The translations under genes and the position numbers were made by a program. Below the pieces are notes generated by a model. The model ran no database searches. It was not told the DNA's origin and saw only the letters and a list, made by a program, of their open reading frames with translations. From sequence record SRR31156797_6143: a DNA stretch of 44,399 bases. The stretch is one strand, 5' to 3'. Numbering within the stretch: the stretch's first letter is position 1; each line of letters opens with the position of its first letter. This document shows, piece by piece, positions 7,941 to 17,475 of this stretch.

Positions 7941-9865
7941 ATCTGTAATCCCAAAAGATTCTGAACAATTGTCAAAGGTCTCGGTTTTTGCAATCTGGGG
8001 AGACACCTGAGAACTTCTTCAATGGTGGTGGCGCCGGTTGCGGCGATTGCGATACCGGTTTCCATGAGTGTAACGAGACCTGTGGACTCTATGCTGATTT
8101 TTCGGATCTGATAACTTGTTTTCTTTTCAAGGATCGCATCCCTCACGGCTTCATTAAGGACAAGCATTTCGTGAACCGCCAGACGCCCTTGGTATCCCGT
8201 GTAACCGCAGTCGTCGCACCCGAAGCCTTTTTGGAAATTTGCGTTCGGGATGTCTTTGGGGGAATAGCCGAGGAGGCGAAGCTCCGCCGGTGTGATTTTA
8301 TGGGGCATTTTACAGGAGGGGCACACTCTCCTTAAAAGCCTTTGGGCCAGGACGCATACGACGGTCGATGAAATCAAGAAAACATCCACATCCATGTTCA
8401 TTAGCCGAACCAGGCCTCCGATACTATCTTCGGTGTGAAAAGTGGTCAGCACTTTATGTCCGGTTAGGGCTGCCTGAACCGCAATCTGGGCTGAAAAGGT
8501 GTCTCTTATTTCGCCTATGACCACAATGTCCGGATCCTGCCGGACGATGTGTCGTAATGTTTCCTTAAATGTCAGGTTGATTTTCGGGTCGATGGAGCAC
8601 TGTGCGATACCATCAATTATATACTCGACGGGCTCCTCCGCGGTGATGATGCTGACATCGGGTTTGTTGAGATAGTTTATGCAACTGTAGACCGTTGTGG
8701 TTTTTCCCGATCCCGTTGGTCCTGTGACCAACACAACGCCGCTGGGGCAATCGAGGGCCTCATCCCTGAATCTGGCCAACATCCGGGGAGGCATTCCCAC
8801 ATCCTGGATAGACAGGAGATGGGCCTGCCTTTTTAAAAGGCGCATTACGATTGTTTCGCCATGAACCGTCACATAAAACGAAACCCGGATATCGACTTCT
8901 TTGCCGGAAGATTGAAACTCAATCCGGCCTCCCTGGTGTCTGCGCTTCTCGGCAATATCCGCCTGACACATTATCTTTATGCGGCTGGTGAGCGACGGTA
9001 TGATCTCCGATGGAAAGTCCTTGTAGTGAATCAAAACGCCGTCTTGGCGAAAGCGAATCCTGAGTCTGTCCGAGATTGGTTCGATATGAATATCGCTCGC
9101 GCCAAGGGAAATGGCGTCCAGGATGATGGCATCCACATGTTCAGTCACGGAGACGCCACTCTTTGTAACCGACGAAAAAGACCCTGTTGTAGCTTGAAAC
9201 CGATTAATGAACCTGGCAATTGATTCCTTCTTGGTGATTGCGGGGCTGATATGGCATTCCAAAAGTCTTCTGGCTTCGTTGATGGCCCGCTGATCACCCG
9301 GATCGGCGAAGGCGACCAGAATGCCATTCCCTTCCTTTCGTATCGGCAGGAACATAAACTCCCTGAATAGCCTGGTGCGAGCTAGAGAAATGAGCTTCGG
9401 GTCAATGTCGGCAAACTCAACGTCCACCAAAGGAATCCCCAGTTGGACGGAGAGTATTTCCAAAAGGTCTTGCTCTCTGATAAAATTGTGGGAGACAAGA
9501 ACTTCGCCCAACTTCCTCTTCGGGTTTTCTTCTGCCTGGGTCTCTAAACACGTCTTGAGTTGAAGGTCATTGATATGGCCCAGTTCAACCAGAAGATCTC
9601 CGATCCGGAAAGCGGTGAAATTTCTCCTGATGACGTCTGTGATCTGATCATCCGTGAGATACAGAAGATCTTTCAGGACATCCAGCAAAATCCGGGGTGT
9701 TTCGAGTTTTGATTGGATCCTGAGGGCATAGGAAATTTGCTTATTTGTTAAGTGCCCTTCTTTCAAGAGAATCGACACAATTTGCCCCGTACCTCTGTTG
9801 GGTTTAGAGACTCCTGAATTTTCCGGAACATTCTTCTTTGAGGGATGGTTTTTCGAATGGGGCAT
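7937..9865 (-). CDS. second GspE/PilB-family ATPase with tandem MshEN-like N-terminal repeats
   Basis: RIGDLLVELGHINDLQLKTCLETQ...KLGEVLV plus a degenerate copy upstream; ASDIHIEP; GPTGSGKT; RQDPDIVVIGEIRD; TGHKVLTTFH; CPSC/CDDC; start uncertain (ORF extends to 9946). Confidence 0.9.
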   Translation of the reverse strand: MPHSKNHPSKKNVPENSGVSKPNRGTGQIVSILLKEGHLTNKQISYALRIQSKLETPRILLDVLKDLLYLTDDQITDVIRRNFTAFRIGDLLVELGHINDLQLKTCLETQAEENPKRKLGEVLVSHNFIREQDLLEILSVQLGIPLVDVEFADIDPKLISLARTRLFREFMFLPIRKEGNGILVAFADPGDQRAINEARRLLECHISPAITKKESIARFINRFQATTGSFSSVTKSGVSVTEHVDAIILDAISLGASDIHIEPISDRLRIRFRQDGVLIHYKDFPSEIIPSLTSRIKIMCQADIAEKRRHQGGRIEFQSSGKEVDIRVSFYVTVHGETIVMRLLKRQAHLLSIQDVGMPPRMLARFRDEALDCPSGVVLVTGPTGSGKTTTVYSCINYLNKPDVSIITAEEPVEYIIDGIAQCSIDPKINLTFKETLRHIVRQDPDIVVIGEIRDTFSAQIAVQAALTGHKVLTTFHTEDSIGGLVRLMNMDVDVFLISSTVVCVLAQRLLRRVCPSCKMPHKITPAELRLLGYSPKDIPNANFQKGFGCDDCGYTGYQGRLAVHEMLVLNEAVRDAILEKKTSYQIRKISIESTGLVTLMETGIAIAATGATTIEEVLRCLPRLQKPRPLTIVQNLLGLQI

Positions 9866-10142
9866 GTTTTGTTTCTCTTGTTTGAAATTTTCAAAAACAC
9901 CACCATATAACCTATCCAGCATATGCATTTCAAGCAGGGAAAGCAAGTGCCTTTGTCACGATAAAAGGGTCGTCAGACCCTGTTTCTCATCCCCTCTCGA
10001 TTGACAGTTTTATTGGAATGTGCCACAGTGAAATGCGGCCGTTGTCGGAGCACCCCCGGTTTTGCGGTGTCATATACTCAGATAATGTGGTCGAAGGCTA
10101 TATTCAGGGATCCGTGGACATAAAACCGCCGGTGCTCCCCAT

Positions 10143-10712
10143 ATGTTTTCAACCATATCAAAGACCGAAATCATGCAAAGAGTTGTTTTTCAACTGGTCA
10201 TATTAATGGTAACGGTCACTTTGTGCGTGGGAGCTTTTTTCTTTGTGCAGCGGATTTTTCAAATACCCTTCAGGTCCGCCAACGATGCACTCCACGAAAA
10301 TGATTCCGCCCTGACCCTCGATTTTCTGATACCTGCCGGAACCCATATTGATAAAAAAATAACCATCGGTCAGGTGTTGAAGATTCGATTGGTCGGAAAG
10401 CGTTCACCTTTTGAGGTGGCGGCTCACGCCTTGTCGGATCAGATTCCGCCCCCGTACATTTGGCTGGGTAATCTGTTTCTTTTTTTCTTTTGGGCTTTCT
10501 GTATACTGACGCTTCTGAGGGTTTTTACATTTATGGGTTATGGAAGGGTCCTTCGCACAAGTCTCCTTCTGGGAGGTATTACCTATTATTTTATGCCTGA
10601 TTTTTCACCCAATATATGGGAAGATTTTCTCTTTGTGGTATGTCCGCTGTTGGTGATTCTTTCCAGGTCATTTTTGATTCGGCGGAAGAAGCGTATCTTC
10701 GAGGCGCGCTAG
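10143..10712 (+). CDS. hypothetical integral membrane protein
   Basis: 189-aa ORF with about 4 hydrophobic segments and a basic C-terminus. Confidence 0.65.
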   Translation: MFSTISKTEIMQRVVFQLVILMVTVTLCVGAFFFVQRIFQIPFRSANDALHENDSALTLDFLIPAGTHIDKKITIGQVLKIRLVGKRSPFEVAAHALSDQIPPPYIWLGNLFLFFFWAFCILTLLRVFTFMGYGRVLRTSLLLGGITYYFMPDFSPNIWEDFLFVVCPLLVILSRSFLIRRKKRIFEAR

Positions 10713-10767
10713 TTTTGTTCATATCTGAACTGTTTTTTTACTCCATAACCCTATTAGGGAGGTGTTC

Positions 10768-12132
10768 ATGAACTTTAAACATCTGTTTAAACCGAGGAGC
10801 ATGGCGGTGATCGGGGTTTCTCTCCATAACAATCGACATCCTGCCAATATTGTCTACCGGAAAAACCGGCTGCGGTACCCCGTAAAGGTGTTCGCGGTTA
10901 ATCCAAAAGGCGGAAAGCTTCAAGGGGAGCGGGTATATGAAAGGCCCGGGGATATACCGGAGAAAGTGGATTTGGCCGTCATTGCCGTTCGCGCGGACCT
11001 GGTTCCCGACACCATGGCCCAATGCATTTCGGCGGGTGTTGGGGGTGCCGTGATCATTTCCGGCGGATTTGCGGAGGTGGGACAAACGGAACTGCAGGAT
11101 CAATTGGTGGAAATGGCCTTGGCTGCGGACTTTCCGTTCATAGGGCCCAACTGTCTGGGTATTTTCTCTCCGGGACATGTGGATACTTTTTTTCTGCCGC
11201 CTGAGCGGACCGTACAGCCGGAGCCGGGTAATGTGGCGCTGGTGAGCCAGAGCGGCGGCGTACTGGTGGACCAGATGGTTAATTTTGCAGGGGAAGGGGT
11301 GGGACTTTCCGTGGGGATCAGCATCGGCAACAAGGCCCTGGTGGATGAAGTGGCGCTGCTTGAATATTTGAGTGATGACCCCAATACGGAGGCCATTGCC
11401 TTTTATCTGGAGGGTTTCAAGAAAAACGGGGGGAGGGCATTCATGGAGGCCGCCTGCCAATGCCAAAAACCCATTGTGGTGTTGAAATCGGGGAAAAGTC
11501 CGGAAGGCGGCCGGGCCGTTTCGAGCCATACGGCATCCCTTGCCGGCGATTACGCCGTGTTTTCCCAGGTGATGGCGCAATTCGGGGTCATTGAGGCGCG
11601 TACCCAGTTTGAGCTGGTTTCCTTTTGCGAAGCGCTTAGTTGTTACCAGGATACCATCAATGGAAACATCGGTATCATTACCGGCAGTGGTGGCCATGGG
11701 GCACTGACTGTTGATTTTTGTGCTTCCCACGGGCTAAAGGTCCCGTCGCTGTCACAGGAATTACAATCGGAACTCAAAGACAGGCTTTCTCCCAACGTTC
11801 AACCCATTGCGGCAACGGGCAATCCCGTAGATCTTACCGGAAGTGCCGTTGATGATGATTTTGTTGCGGCGGCCGATTGTCTCAGTCAAAACCCCGAGGT
11901 GGATTGCCTGGTGCTCCTGGTCTTGCCCTATTCGCCCGGTACCACTTCAGATCTCGGTGCCAGATTAAGTGAAGTCTATCATAGGGAAGGCAAGCCCATG
12001 GTGGCGTATGTTCCGAGCCTGCAACGGTACCGCATGCTCATCGAAGGATTTGAATTGAACCATATTCCGGTCTCTCCGGCCATTGAAGGCGCGGTTCTGA
12101 TGGCCGGCGCCATGAGGAGGCGATCATGCTGA
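10768..12132 (+). CDS. ADP-forming acyl-CoA synthetase (acetate-CoA ligase family), alpha subunit
   Basis: FKPRSMAVIGVS CoA-binding start, ISGGFAE, IGPNCLG, SQSGG, SIGNK, phospho-His SSHTASLAG, NPVDLTG; GGAGG RBS before ATG 10768. Confidence 0.88.
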   Translation: MNFKHLFKPRSMAVIGVSLHNNRHPANIVYRKNRLRYPVKVFAVNPKGGKLQGERVYERPGDIPEKVDLAVIAVRADLVPDTMAQCISAGVGGAVIISGGFAEVGQTELQDQLVEMALAADFPFIGPNCLGIFSPGHVDTFFLPPERTVQPEPGNVALVSQSGGVLVDQMVNFAGEGVGLSVGISIGNKALVDEVALLEYLSDDPNTEAIAFYLEGFKKNGGRAFMEAACQCQKPIVVLKSGKSPEGGRAVSSHTASLAGDYAVFSQVMAQFGVIEARTQFELVSFCEALSCYQDTINGNIGIITGSGGHGALTVDFCASHGLKVPSLSQELQSELKDRLSPNVQPIAATGNPVDLTGSAVDDDFVAAADCLSQNPEVDCLVLLVLPYSPGTTSDLGARLSEVYHREGKPMVAYVPSLQRYRMLIEGFELNHIPVSPAIEGAVLMAGAMRRRSC

Positions 12133-12803
12133 ACGCGGATATCCTTGAGGTCCTGTCAACATCCGAACCCTGGGGTTGGGTCCTGGAACCTGATGCCAAA
12201 CGCATATTATCCCTTGCGGGAATACAGGTGCCGTTGTTTAAATGGGCCCAAACCCTGGAAGAAGCCCTGATGTTTGCGGAAGAACACCAATATCCCGTGG
12301 TGGCAAAGGTGGTGTCCCCCGGGGTGATTCACAAGACGGAGGTAAAAGGCGTTGTGCTGGGCATAAATAACAAAATTGCCCTGGCGGAGACCTTTCATCG
12401 GTTAAATTCATTTGATGGGGCCAGAGGGGTGCTGGTTGAGAAACCGATTCAGGGGATCGAGATGATCATCGGTGCGAAATTTGATTTTCAATTTGGTCCG
12501 GTGATCCTCATGGGGATGGGCGGCACCGGGGTGGAAATATACAAGGATACCTCCTTGAGGATGGCCCCCATTACGCCGGAGGATGCGTTATCCATGCTCA
12601 AGGGCCTTAAAGCCCATCGCCTTTTCGAGGGTTACAGGGGGGGCGAGCCCATCAACCGGGATGCACTGACCCGCATGCTCATGGCATTTTCCCATTTGAT
12701 CATGGCGCTTGATGAAAGGGTTTCGTCAATTGATCTGAATCCGGTGTTCTGTTCAGCGGAAAGCTGTGTGGTGGGCGATGCGAGGATTATGCTGCCGTCA
12801 TAG
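12126..12803 (+). CDS. ADP-forming acyl-CoA synthetase, beta (ATP-grasp) subunit
   Basis: YPVVAKVVSPGVIHKTEVKGV, QFGPVILMGMGG, DLNPV, DARI; overlaps the alpha stop. Confidence 0.88.
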   Translation: MLNADILEVLSTSEPWGWVLEPDAKRILSLAGIQVPLFKWAQTLEEALMFAEEHQYPVVAKVVSPGVIHKTEVKGVVLGINNKIALAETFHRLNSFDGARGVLVEKPIQGIEMIIGAKFDFQFGPVILMGMGGTGVEIYKDTSLRMAPITPEDALSMLKGLKAHRLFEGYRGGEPINRDALTRMLMAFSHLIMALDERVSSIDLNPVFCSAESCVVGDARIMLPS

Positions 12804-12871
12804 AATAAATTCTGGAAGTGGTTTAGGTTGGATAGGGCCCGGCTGAAAAGAGATGAAGGCAAATGTGAAAT

Positions 12872-13276
12872 TCAGACCTCCATTGCAATGACTTCCTCAA
12901 CGGCCTTCAACAATAAGATTCGATCAAAGGGTTTGCACAGAGTGCGCATAGCCCCGACCCCTTTGGCCATTTTGAGGTAGGAATCCGGCCCGATTCGGCC
13001 ACCGCCGGAAACGGCGATAATTTTGACATCCGGGAATTTTCTGCGAAGATCACGGATGGTTTCGATGCCTTCTTTTTCCGGCATGATGAGGTCCGTGATA
13101 ACCAGGTCCGTGGGGTTTTTCTGATATTGTTTGATCCCCTTGTCCCCATCGGAGGCATCCACCACCCGGTATCCCTCCCTCTCCAGGATGGCCCGGAGTA
13201 ACTCGCGAATGGTTTCATCGTCGTCAATGATCAGTATGCTTGATTGATCTGAAATCTGTATTTTTTGATCCGACAT
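12872..13276 (-). CDS. single-domain response regulator (REC)
   Basis: ILIIDDD, DLVITDLIMPEKEG, IIAVSGG, KPF. Confidence 0.9.
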   Translation of the reverse strand: MSDQKIQISDQSSILIIDDDETIRELLRAILEREGYRVVDASDGDKGIKQYQKNPTDLVITDLIMPEKEGIETIRDLRRKFPDVKIIAVSGGGRIGPDSYLKMAKGVGAMRTLCKPFDRILLLKAVEEVIAMEV

Positions 13277-13509
13277 GCTTTTTCCCTTTATTTGTGAGGT
13301 TGTGAATGCAAGGGCTGATTTCAACGGTTTTTCAATTTGTACGCAATGTAGTAATATGAGTTTACCATAACTGCATTGAGAAAGCTATGGCGGGTCCCTT
13401 GGACGACACTAAATCCTCTTTCTCCATATCATAGAGAGGATATTACTGTCTTAAAATATCACTGATGTCAATCAAAAAACCGGTTGTGGATACGAATATG
13501 AGGAGACCC

Positions 13510-14112
13510 ATGGAACAGGTAAAGGTAAATCTGGGTGAATGGTTTGAAAAAGGATTTAGACTGTACCGGGAAAATATGTTGAAGCTGATTCCGGCTACTT
13601 TCATGGCACTCATATTGAGCGTGGCATCCGGTGGAATTCTTGCCGGTCCCATGCTATCGGGTCTGCTCATCATCACTTTGGCATTGCTGAGACGTCGGCA
13701 ACCGGAACCTGAAATTTCCCATGTCTTTAAAGGGTTCGGATTTTTTATCAACGCCGTTGTTTTCATATTGGGATGGGGTCTGCTCATATGTGCCGGCTCA
13801 CTGATCCTTTTACTGATTCCCGGTGTGGGACAACTAATTGTATTGTTTTTCATCTATTCAGCCCAGGCGTTCCTGATGTTCGGCCCATTTTTGATCGTGG
13901 ACCGGGATATGGATTTCCTGCGTGCCTCAATCACCAGTTTCAACACGGTCAAAGGTAATTTCTGGCCTTTATTGAGTGTATCCGCTGCCGCCGGTGTTAT
14001 CGGCAGTATCGGCTGTATTGCCTTCGGTATCGGCGTTATTGTGACGGTACCCCTTCAGGTTTGTATTCTGACCGTCGCTTATGAAGAGGTTTTCGGGGAG
14101 ATCAACAAATAA
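13510..14112 (+). CDS. integral membrane protein of unknown function
   Basis: about 5 hydrophobic segments; AGGAG RBS before ATG 13510. Confidence 0.75.
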   Translation: MEQVKVNLGEWFEKGFRLYRENMLKLIPATFMALILSVASGGILAGPMLSGLLIITLALLRRRQPEPEISHVFKGFGFFINAVVFILGWGLLICAGSLILLLIPGVGQLIVLFFIYSAQAFLMFGPFLIVDRDMDFLRASITSFNTVKGNFWPLLSVSAAAGVIGSIGCIAFGIGVIVTVPLQVCILTVAYEEVFGEINK

Positions 14113-14118
14113 GCCTTT

Positions 14119-14865
14119 TTACGGGTTCCCTTCGACCATGGGAACGAAACGGACCGGCAGGACTCTGCGGGAAACAAGGCGATCTCCTTTCTTTACCGCC
14201 AACACCAGTTGCTGGATGCCTCCGGATTTGCCCACCGGAATGATCAATCGCCCCCCTTCCTTCAACTGCGCAATCAGGGCCGGCGGGATTTTTTCCGGGG
14301 CGCATGTGACAATGATGGCGTCGAAAGGCGCTTTTTCAGGCCAACCCTTATGACCGTCACCGATCCTGAGGTGAACGTTCCCGTAGTCCAGACTGCTTAG
14401 AATTTCTTTTGCCCTTTCCCCAAGAGAGCCTATGATTTCAATGGAGTAGACTTGGCATCCCAGTTCCGCCAGAACCGCCGCCTGATATCCGGATCCCGTT
14501 CCGATCTCAAGTATCCGGTCTTTCGGCGCCACATGCAACGCGGCTGTCATGAAGGCCACAATATAGGGTTGAGAGATGGTCTGACCTTTGCCGATGGGGA
14601 GCGGATGGTCCCCGTAGGCATGGTTCCTGTGTTTTACGGGTACAAAGAGATGCCTGGGCACCTTTTTCATGGCTTTCAGAACCTTGGGGTCGGTTATGCC
14701 TCTGTTCCGGATCTGGCGGGAAACCATTTGCTCCCGCAGGGTGGCGAATTCGCTGCCGTCACCGGGGGGCCGGGCCTGAAGTTCGGTGGGAATTATCAAA
14801 AATAGAGAAAGAATGGCCAATCCGTGAATCAGAATCCAACCCGTATGGAATTTTTCTATGACCAT
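14119..14865 (-). CDS. pcm: protein-L-isoaspartate O-methyltransferase with N-terminal signal-like extension
   Basis: VPRHLFVP, PLPIGKGQTISQPYIVA, SAM motif LEIGTGSGYQAA, APFDAIIVT, VRFVPM. Confidence 0.95.
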   Translation of the reverse strand: MVIEKFHTGWILIHGLAILSLFLIIPTELQARPPGDGSEFATLREQMVSRQIRNRGITDPKVLKAMKKVPRHLFVPVKHRNHAYGDHPLPIGKGQTISQPYIVAFMTAALHVAPKDRILEIGTGSGYQAAVLAELGCQVYSIEIIGSLGERAKEILSSLDYGNVHLRIGDGHKGWPEKAPFDAIIVTCAPEKIPPALIAQLKEGGRLIIPVGKSGGIQQLVLAVKKGDRLVSRRVLPVRFVPMVEGNP

Positions 14866-15036
14866 GACGGTAGCTCCTTTTTAAAATATGACGGATATCA
14901 CGATATCATTCTTTTTGACAAATATTACAGGATAACATAAATAAAGGAAACACCATTTTGTTCCAATGATTTTGATGCCTGAAAAATAGAGACCCTGTCT
15001 CACTAGAACCGCAAAAACAAAACAGGAAGGATAAAG

Positions 15037-15705
15037 ATGAAGGGTGAAATGAAACAGAAACGGAAATTTTTCAGCAGCGGGTTCGTCATGCTGGTTCTGG
15101 CCTTTTTTCTGATGTCCTCTCTTGCTCATGGGAAAACCCTGTTCAACAATCTGAACCAGTCGGGAGTGGGTCAGGGAACCACTTCAAATACATATTACAA
15201 AGCTCAGAAATTCACGACGGACACGCTCCGGTACATTCTGGATTCGGTGACGGTTCGGTTAAGGGCCAACACCCAGGGGGCTCTGTTTGTCAGTGTCTAT
15301 GATGATTTGAACAATTTGCCTGACAAAGAGGTTGGTACCCTGAATGCGCCTTCCGTGGGAGCGGCTTATGAGAACTACAAACTGACGCCTCAGAATGTGG
15401 TCGAACTAATGCCGAACCGCACCTATTGGGTGGTTGTGGGTGTTAACTCCGGTGCGGGTGATTACGATTGGAATTATACCTTAAGCAATACGGGGAGCGG
15501 CTCGGGCTTTTCAACCAGGTGGGCGTATACTACGAATGCGGGGGCCACATGGTTCGGAATTGATGACGAACCTTTTATCATGGAAGTGGCAGCCACTGCA
15601 AATCAACCGATTCCCACATTGAACGAATGGGGGCTCATGATTCTGGCGCTCTTTTTTGTGGGCTCATTTTTTCTGGTGTATGGAAGGCGAAAAGAAATGG
15701 TTTAA
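15037..15705 (+). CDS. exported protein with IPTL-CTERM sorting signal
   Basis: Sec signal (…SSLAHG); beta-rich body; C-terminal IPTLNEWGLMILALFFVGSFFLVYGRRK. Confidence 0.85.
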   Translation: MKGEMKQKRKFFSSGFVMLVLAFFLMSSLAHGKTLFNNLNQSGVGQGTTSNTYYKAQKFTTDTLRYILDSVTVRLRANTQGALFVSVYDDLNNLPDKEVGTLNAPSVGAAYENYKLTPQNVVELMPNRTYWVVVGVNSGAGDYDWNYTLSNTGSGSGFSTRWAYTTNAGATWFGIDDEPFIMEVAATANQPIPTLNEWGLMILALFFVGSFFLVYGRRKEMV

Positions 15706-15731
15706 TCACCAACCCCGTGTTGTTCAACGAT

Positions 15732-16799
15732 TCATGTCAGGGCCATAGCTTTCTCAGGGCACATCTCCTGGCAGCAGAAGCAGGTAATGCATATTTCCGG
15801 ATCCACCTGGGGGAGTTCATCGGTCATGGAGAGGGCGGATACCGGGCACTGGTCAATGCAGGTTCCGCAGGCCGTACACAGGTCCGGGTCGGTTTTGGGC
15901 CGTAGAAGGGTTCGTTGGTGAAGGAATTTCTGAATGGCTTCGTTGTGGTGAATGAACTCGCCTCCCAGGGGCGGTAGCTTGAAATTGCTGAGTGGTTTCA
16001 ATTCACCGATGATTTCATTCATGTCCGGATCGTAATCTCCCAATCCCATCTCTTTTGCCCTTTGAAGGAATCGAAGAAGACCCGGATCACATCCCATGAG
16101 GGTTGAAATGGCGCCGTCCAGGGCAACGGCGTTGTCTGATGCCAGGATCAGGCCGATGTCTCTCAGGTCGGGAGAGGCCGGTCCGTTCCCCTCCATTCCC
16201 ACCACGGCATCCACCAGGAATAGCTCGGGGACCCGAAGCCGGAATACATCCACCACCATTTCGTGAAACCTTTCAGGGGTGCCGGCAATTTTGTGCAGCT
16301 TGGCCTTTTGAGCCCCGGGCAAGAAACCGTAACTGTTCTTGATGGCGCCGGTCAGGACCGTCAGGCCGTGGGTCTTGAATTTGGGGAGGCTGATGATCAC
16401 CTCCGCATCCAGAACCGCCCGTGAGACGCTTACCGTGGGTACGAAATCCGCATTGAAATCGAGTTTCACCGAATCGTTTCCGATGTTTTGATAATAGCCC
16501 ATGGCCGCTTCCATCAGTCCGGTCTTTGTGAAACTCTCCTCATTTGCGCCATAGCTCATCATTCCGGGATTGTCTCCCACAATCAAAGACGCAGGCGCCA
16601 TGGACTCGACCTTTTCCACCACGGCACGCAGTACCGCCGGATGGGTGACGACCCCTTCTTCCGCATCCGTTGACCGAAGCACATTGGGTTTGATCAAAAC
16701 GCTTTTTCCCCTTAAATCAAAGGGAAAGAGTTCAAAGGTGAGGTCTATTGCTTCACGCAAATTTTCATAGGTTGCCGGATGAAGTATCACTTTCGACAT
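15732..16799 (-). CDS. DUF362 family protein with C-terminal 2x[4Fe-4S] ferredoxin domain
   Basis: VLIKPN, VTHPAV, ISLPKFKTH, TGAIKNSYG, MEGNGP; CTACGTCIDQCP and CITCFCCQEMCP. Confidence 0.88.
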   Translation of the reverse strand: MSKVILHPATYENLREAIDLTFELFPFDLRGKSVLIKPNVLRSTDAEEGVVTHPAVLRAVVEKVESMAPASLIVGDNPGMMSYGANEESFTKTGLMEAAMGYYQNIGNDSVKLDFNADFVPTVSVSRAVLDAEVIISLPKFKTHGLTVLTGAIKNSYGFLPGAQKAKLHKIAGTPERFHEMVVDVFRLRVPELFLVDAVVGMEGNGPASPDLRDIGLILASDNAVALDGAISTLMGCDPGLLRFLQRAKEMGLGDYDPDMNEIIGELKPLSNFKLPPLGGEFIHHNEAIQKFLHQRTLLRPKTDPDLCTACGTCIDQCPVSALSMTDELPQVDPEICITCFCCQEMCPEKAMALT

Positions 16800-17165
16800 G
16801 GTTTCCACCTTTTTTTCATTCACTTAAGGGTTTGATGGCCCAGGGTTTTCCGAGGTTGCGCGAAAAATGGCCGCCGTGGATGGTTCAGATGAAAAAATCG
16901 GTTCATCAATGCGCAGGATGCGGGGGAAATGTCAACCAATATTTGAATTGCCCGTCAATGAAAAATTCCTTGTGGTATGTTCCGCCAGTGGCGGTTTTGT
17001 CTGGCCCAGAATGGCGGGTGTGATCGGGAACGGGTTGACATTACAAAGGTTTAATGCTAATGGAAATGAATCTCCGGCATGGTAAACCGACGTGCCGGTT
17101 GATGATTGCCCGCCTTTCATCATTTGCCCGTTTTTCATAATTTGTTTACAGGGAGGGATACCGCA

Positions 17166-17432
17166 ATGGCTGATGTAGCTTCCAAGTTTGAGACTGCTTC
17201 ACGGGACGTGAAGAACCTGACCAAACGGCCCGACAATAAAACGCTCCTGGAATTGTATGCTTATCACAAACAGGCAAAAAACGGAGATGTATCGGGAAAA
17301 CGACCCGGCTTTACCAATATGGTGGGTCGTGCCAAATATGACGCATGGGCAAAACTGAAGGGAACCGGCAGGGATGGGGCCATGCAGGCCTATATTGATC
17401 TGGTGGCACGCCTCCTGAAGGCGGATAAATAA
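17166..17432 (+). CDS. acyl-CoA-binding protein (ACBP)
   Basis: RPDNKTLLELYAYHKQAKNGD…RPG…GRAKYDAW…AMQAYIDLV; GGAGG RBS before ATG 17166. Confidence 0.92.
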   Translation: MADVASKFETASRDVKNLTKRPDNKTLLELYAYHKQAKNGDVSGKRPGFTNMVGRAKYDAWAKLKGTGRDGAMQAYIDLVARLLKADK

Positions 17433-17475
17433 AAAAGTGTATGGATCCGTTGAACAGAAAAAAAAGGTGCAAACA

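Noticed and set aside
16748-17085. Small ORFs (one with CAGC) in the DUF362/ACBP divergent gap
   Set aside because: No convincing RBS or family motif; more likely promoter DNA.
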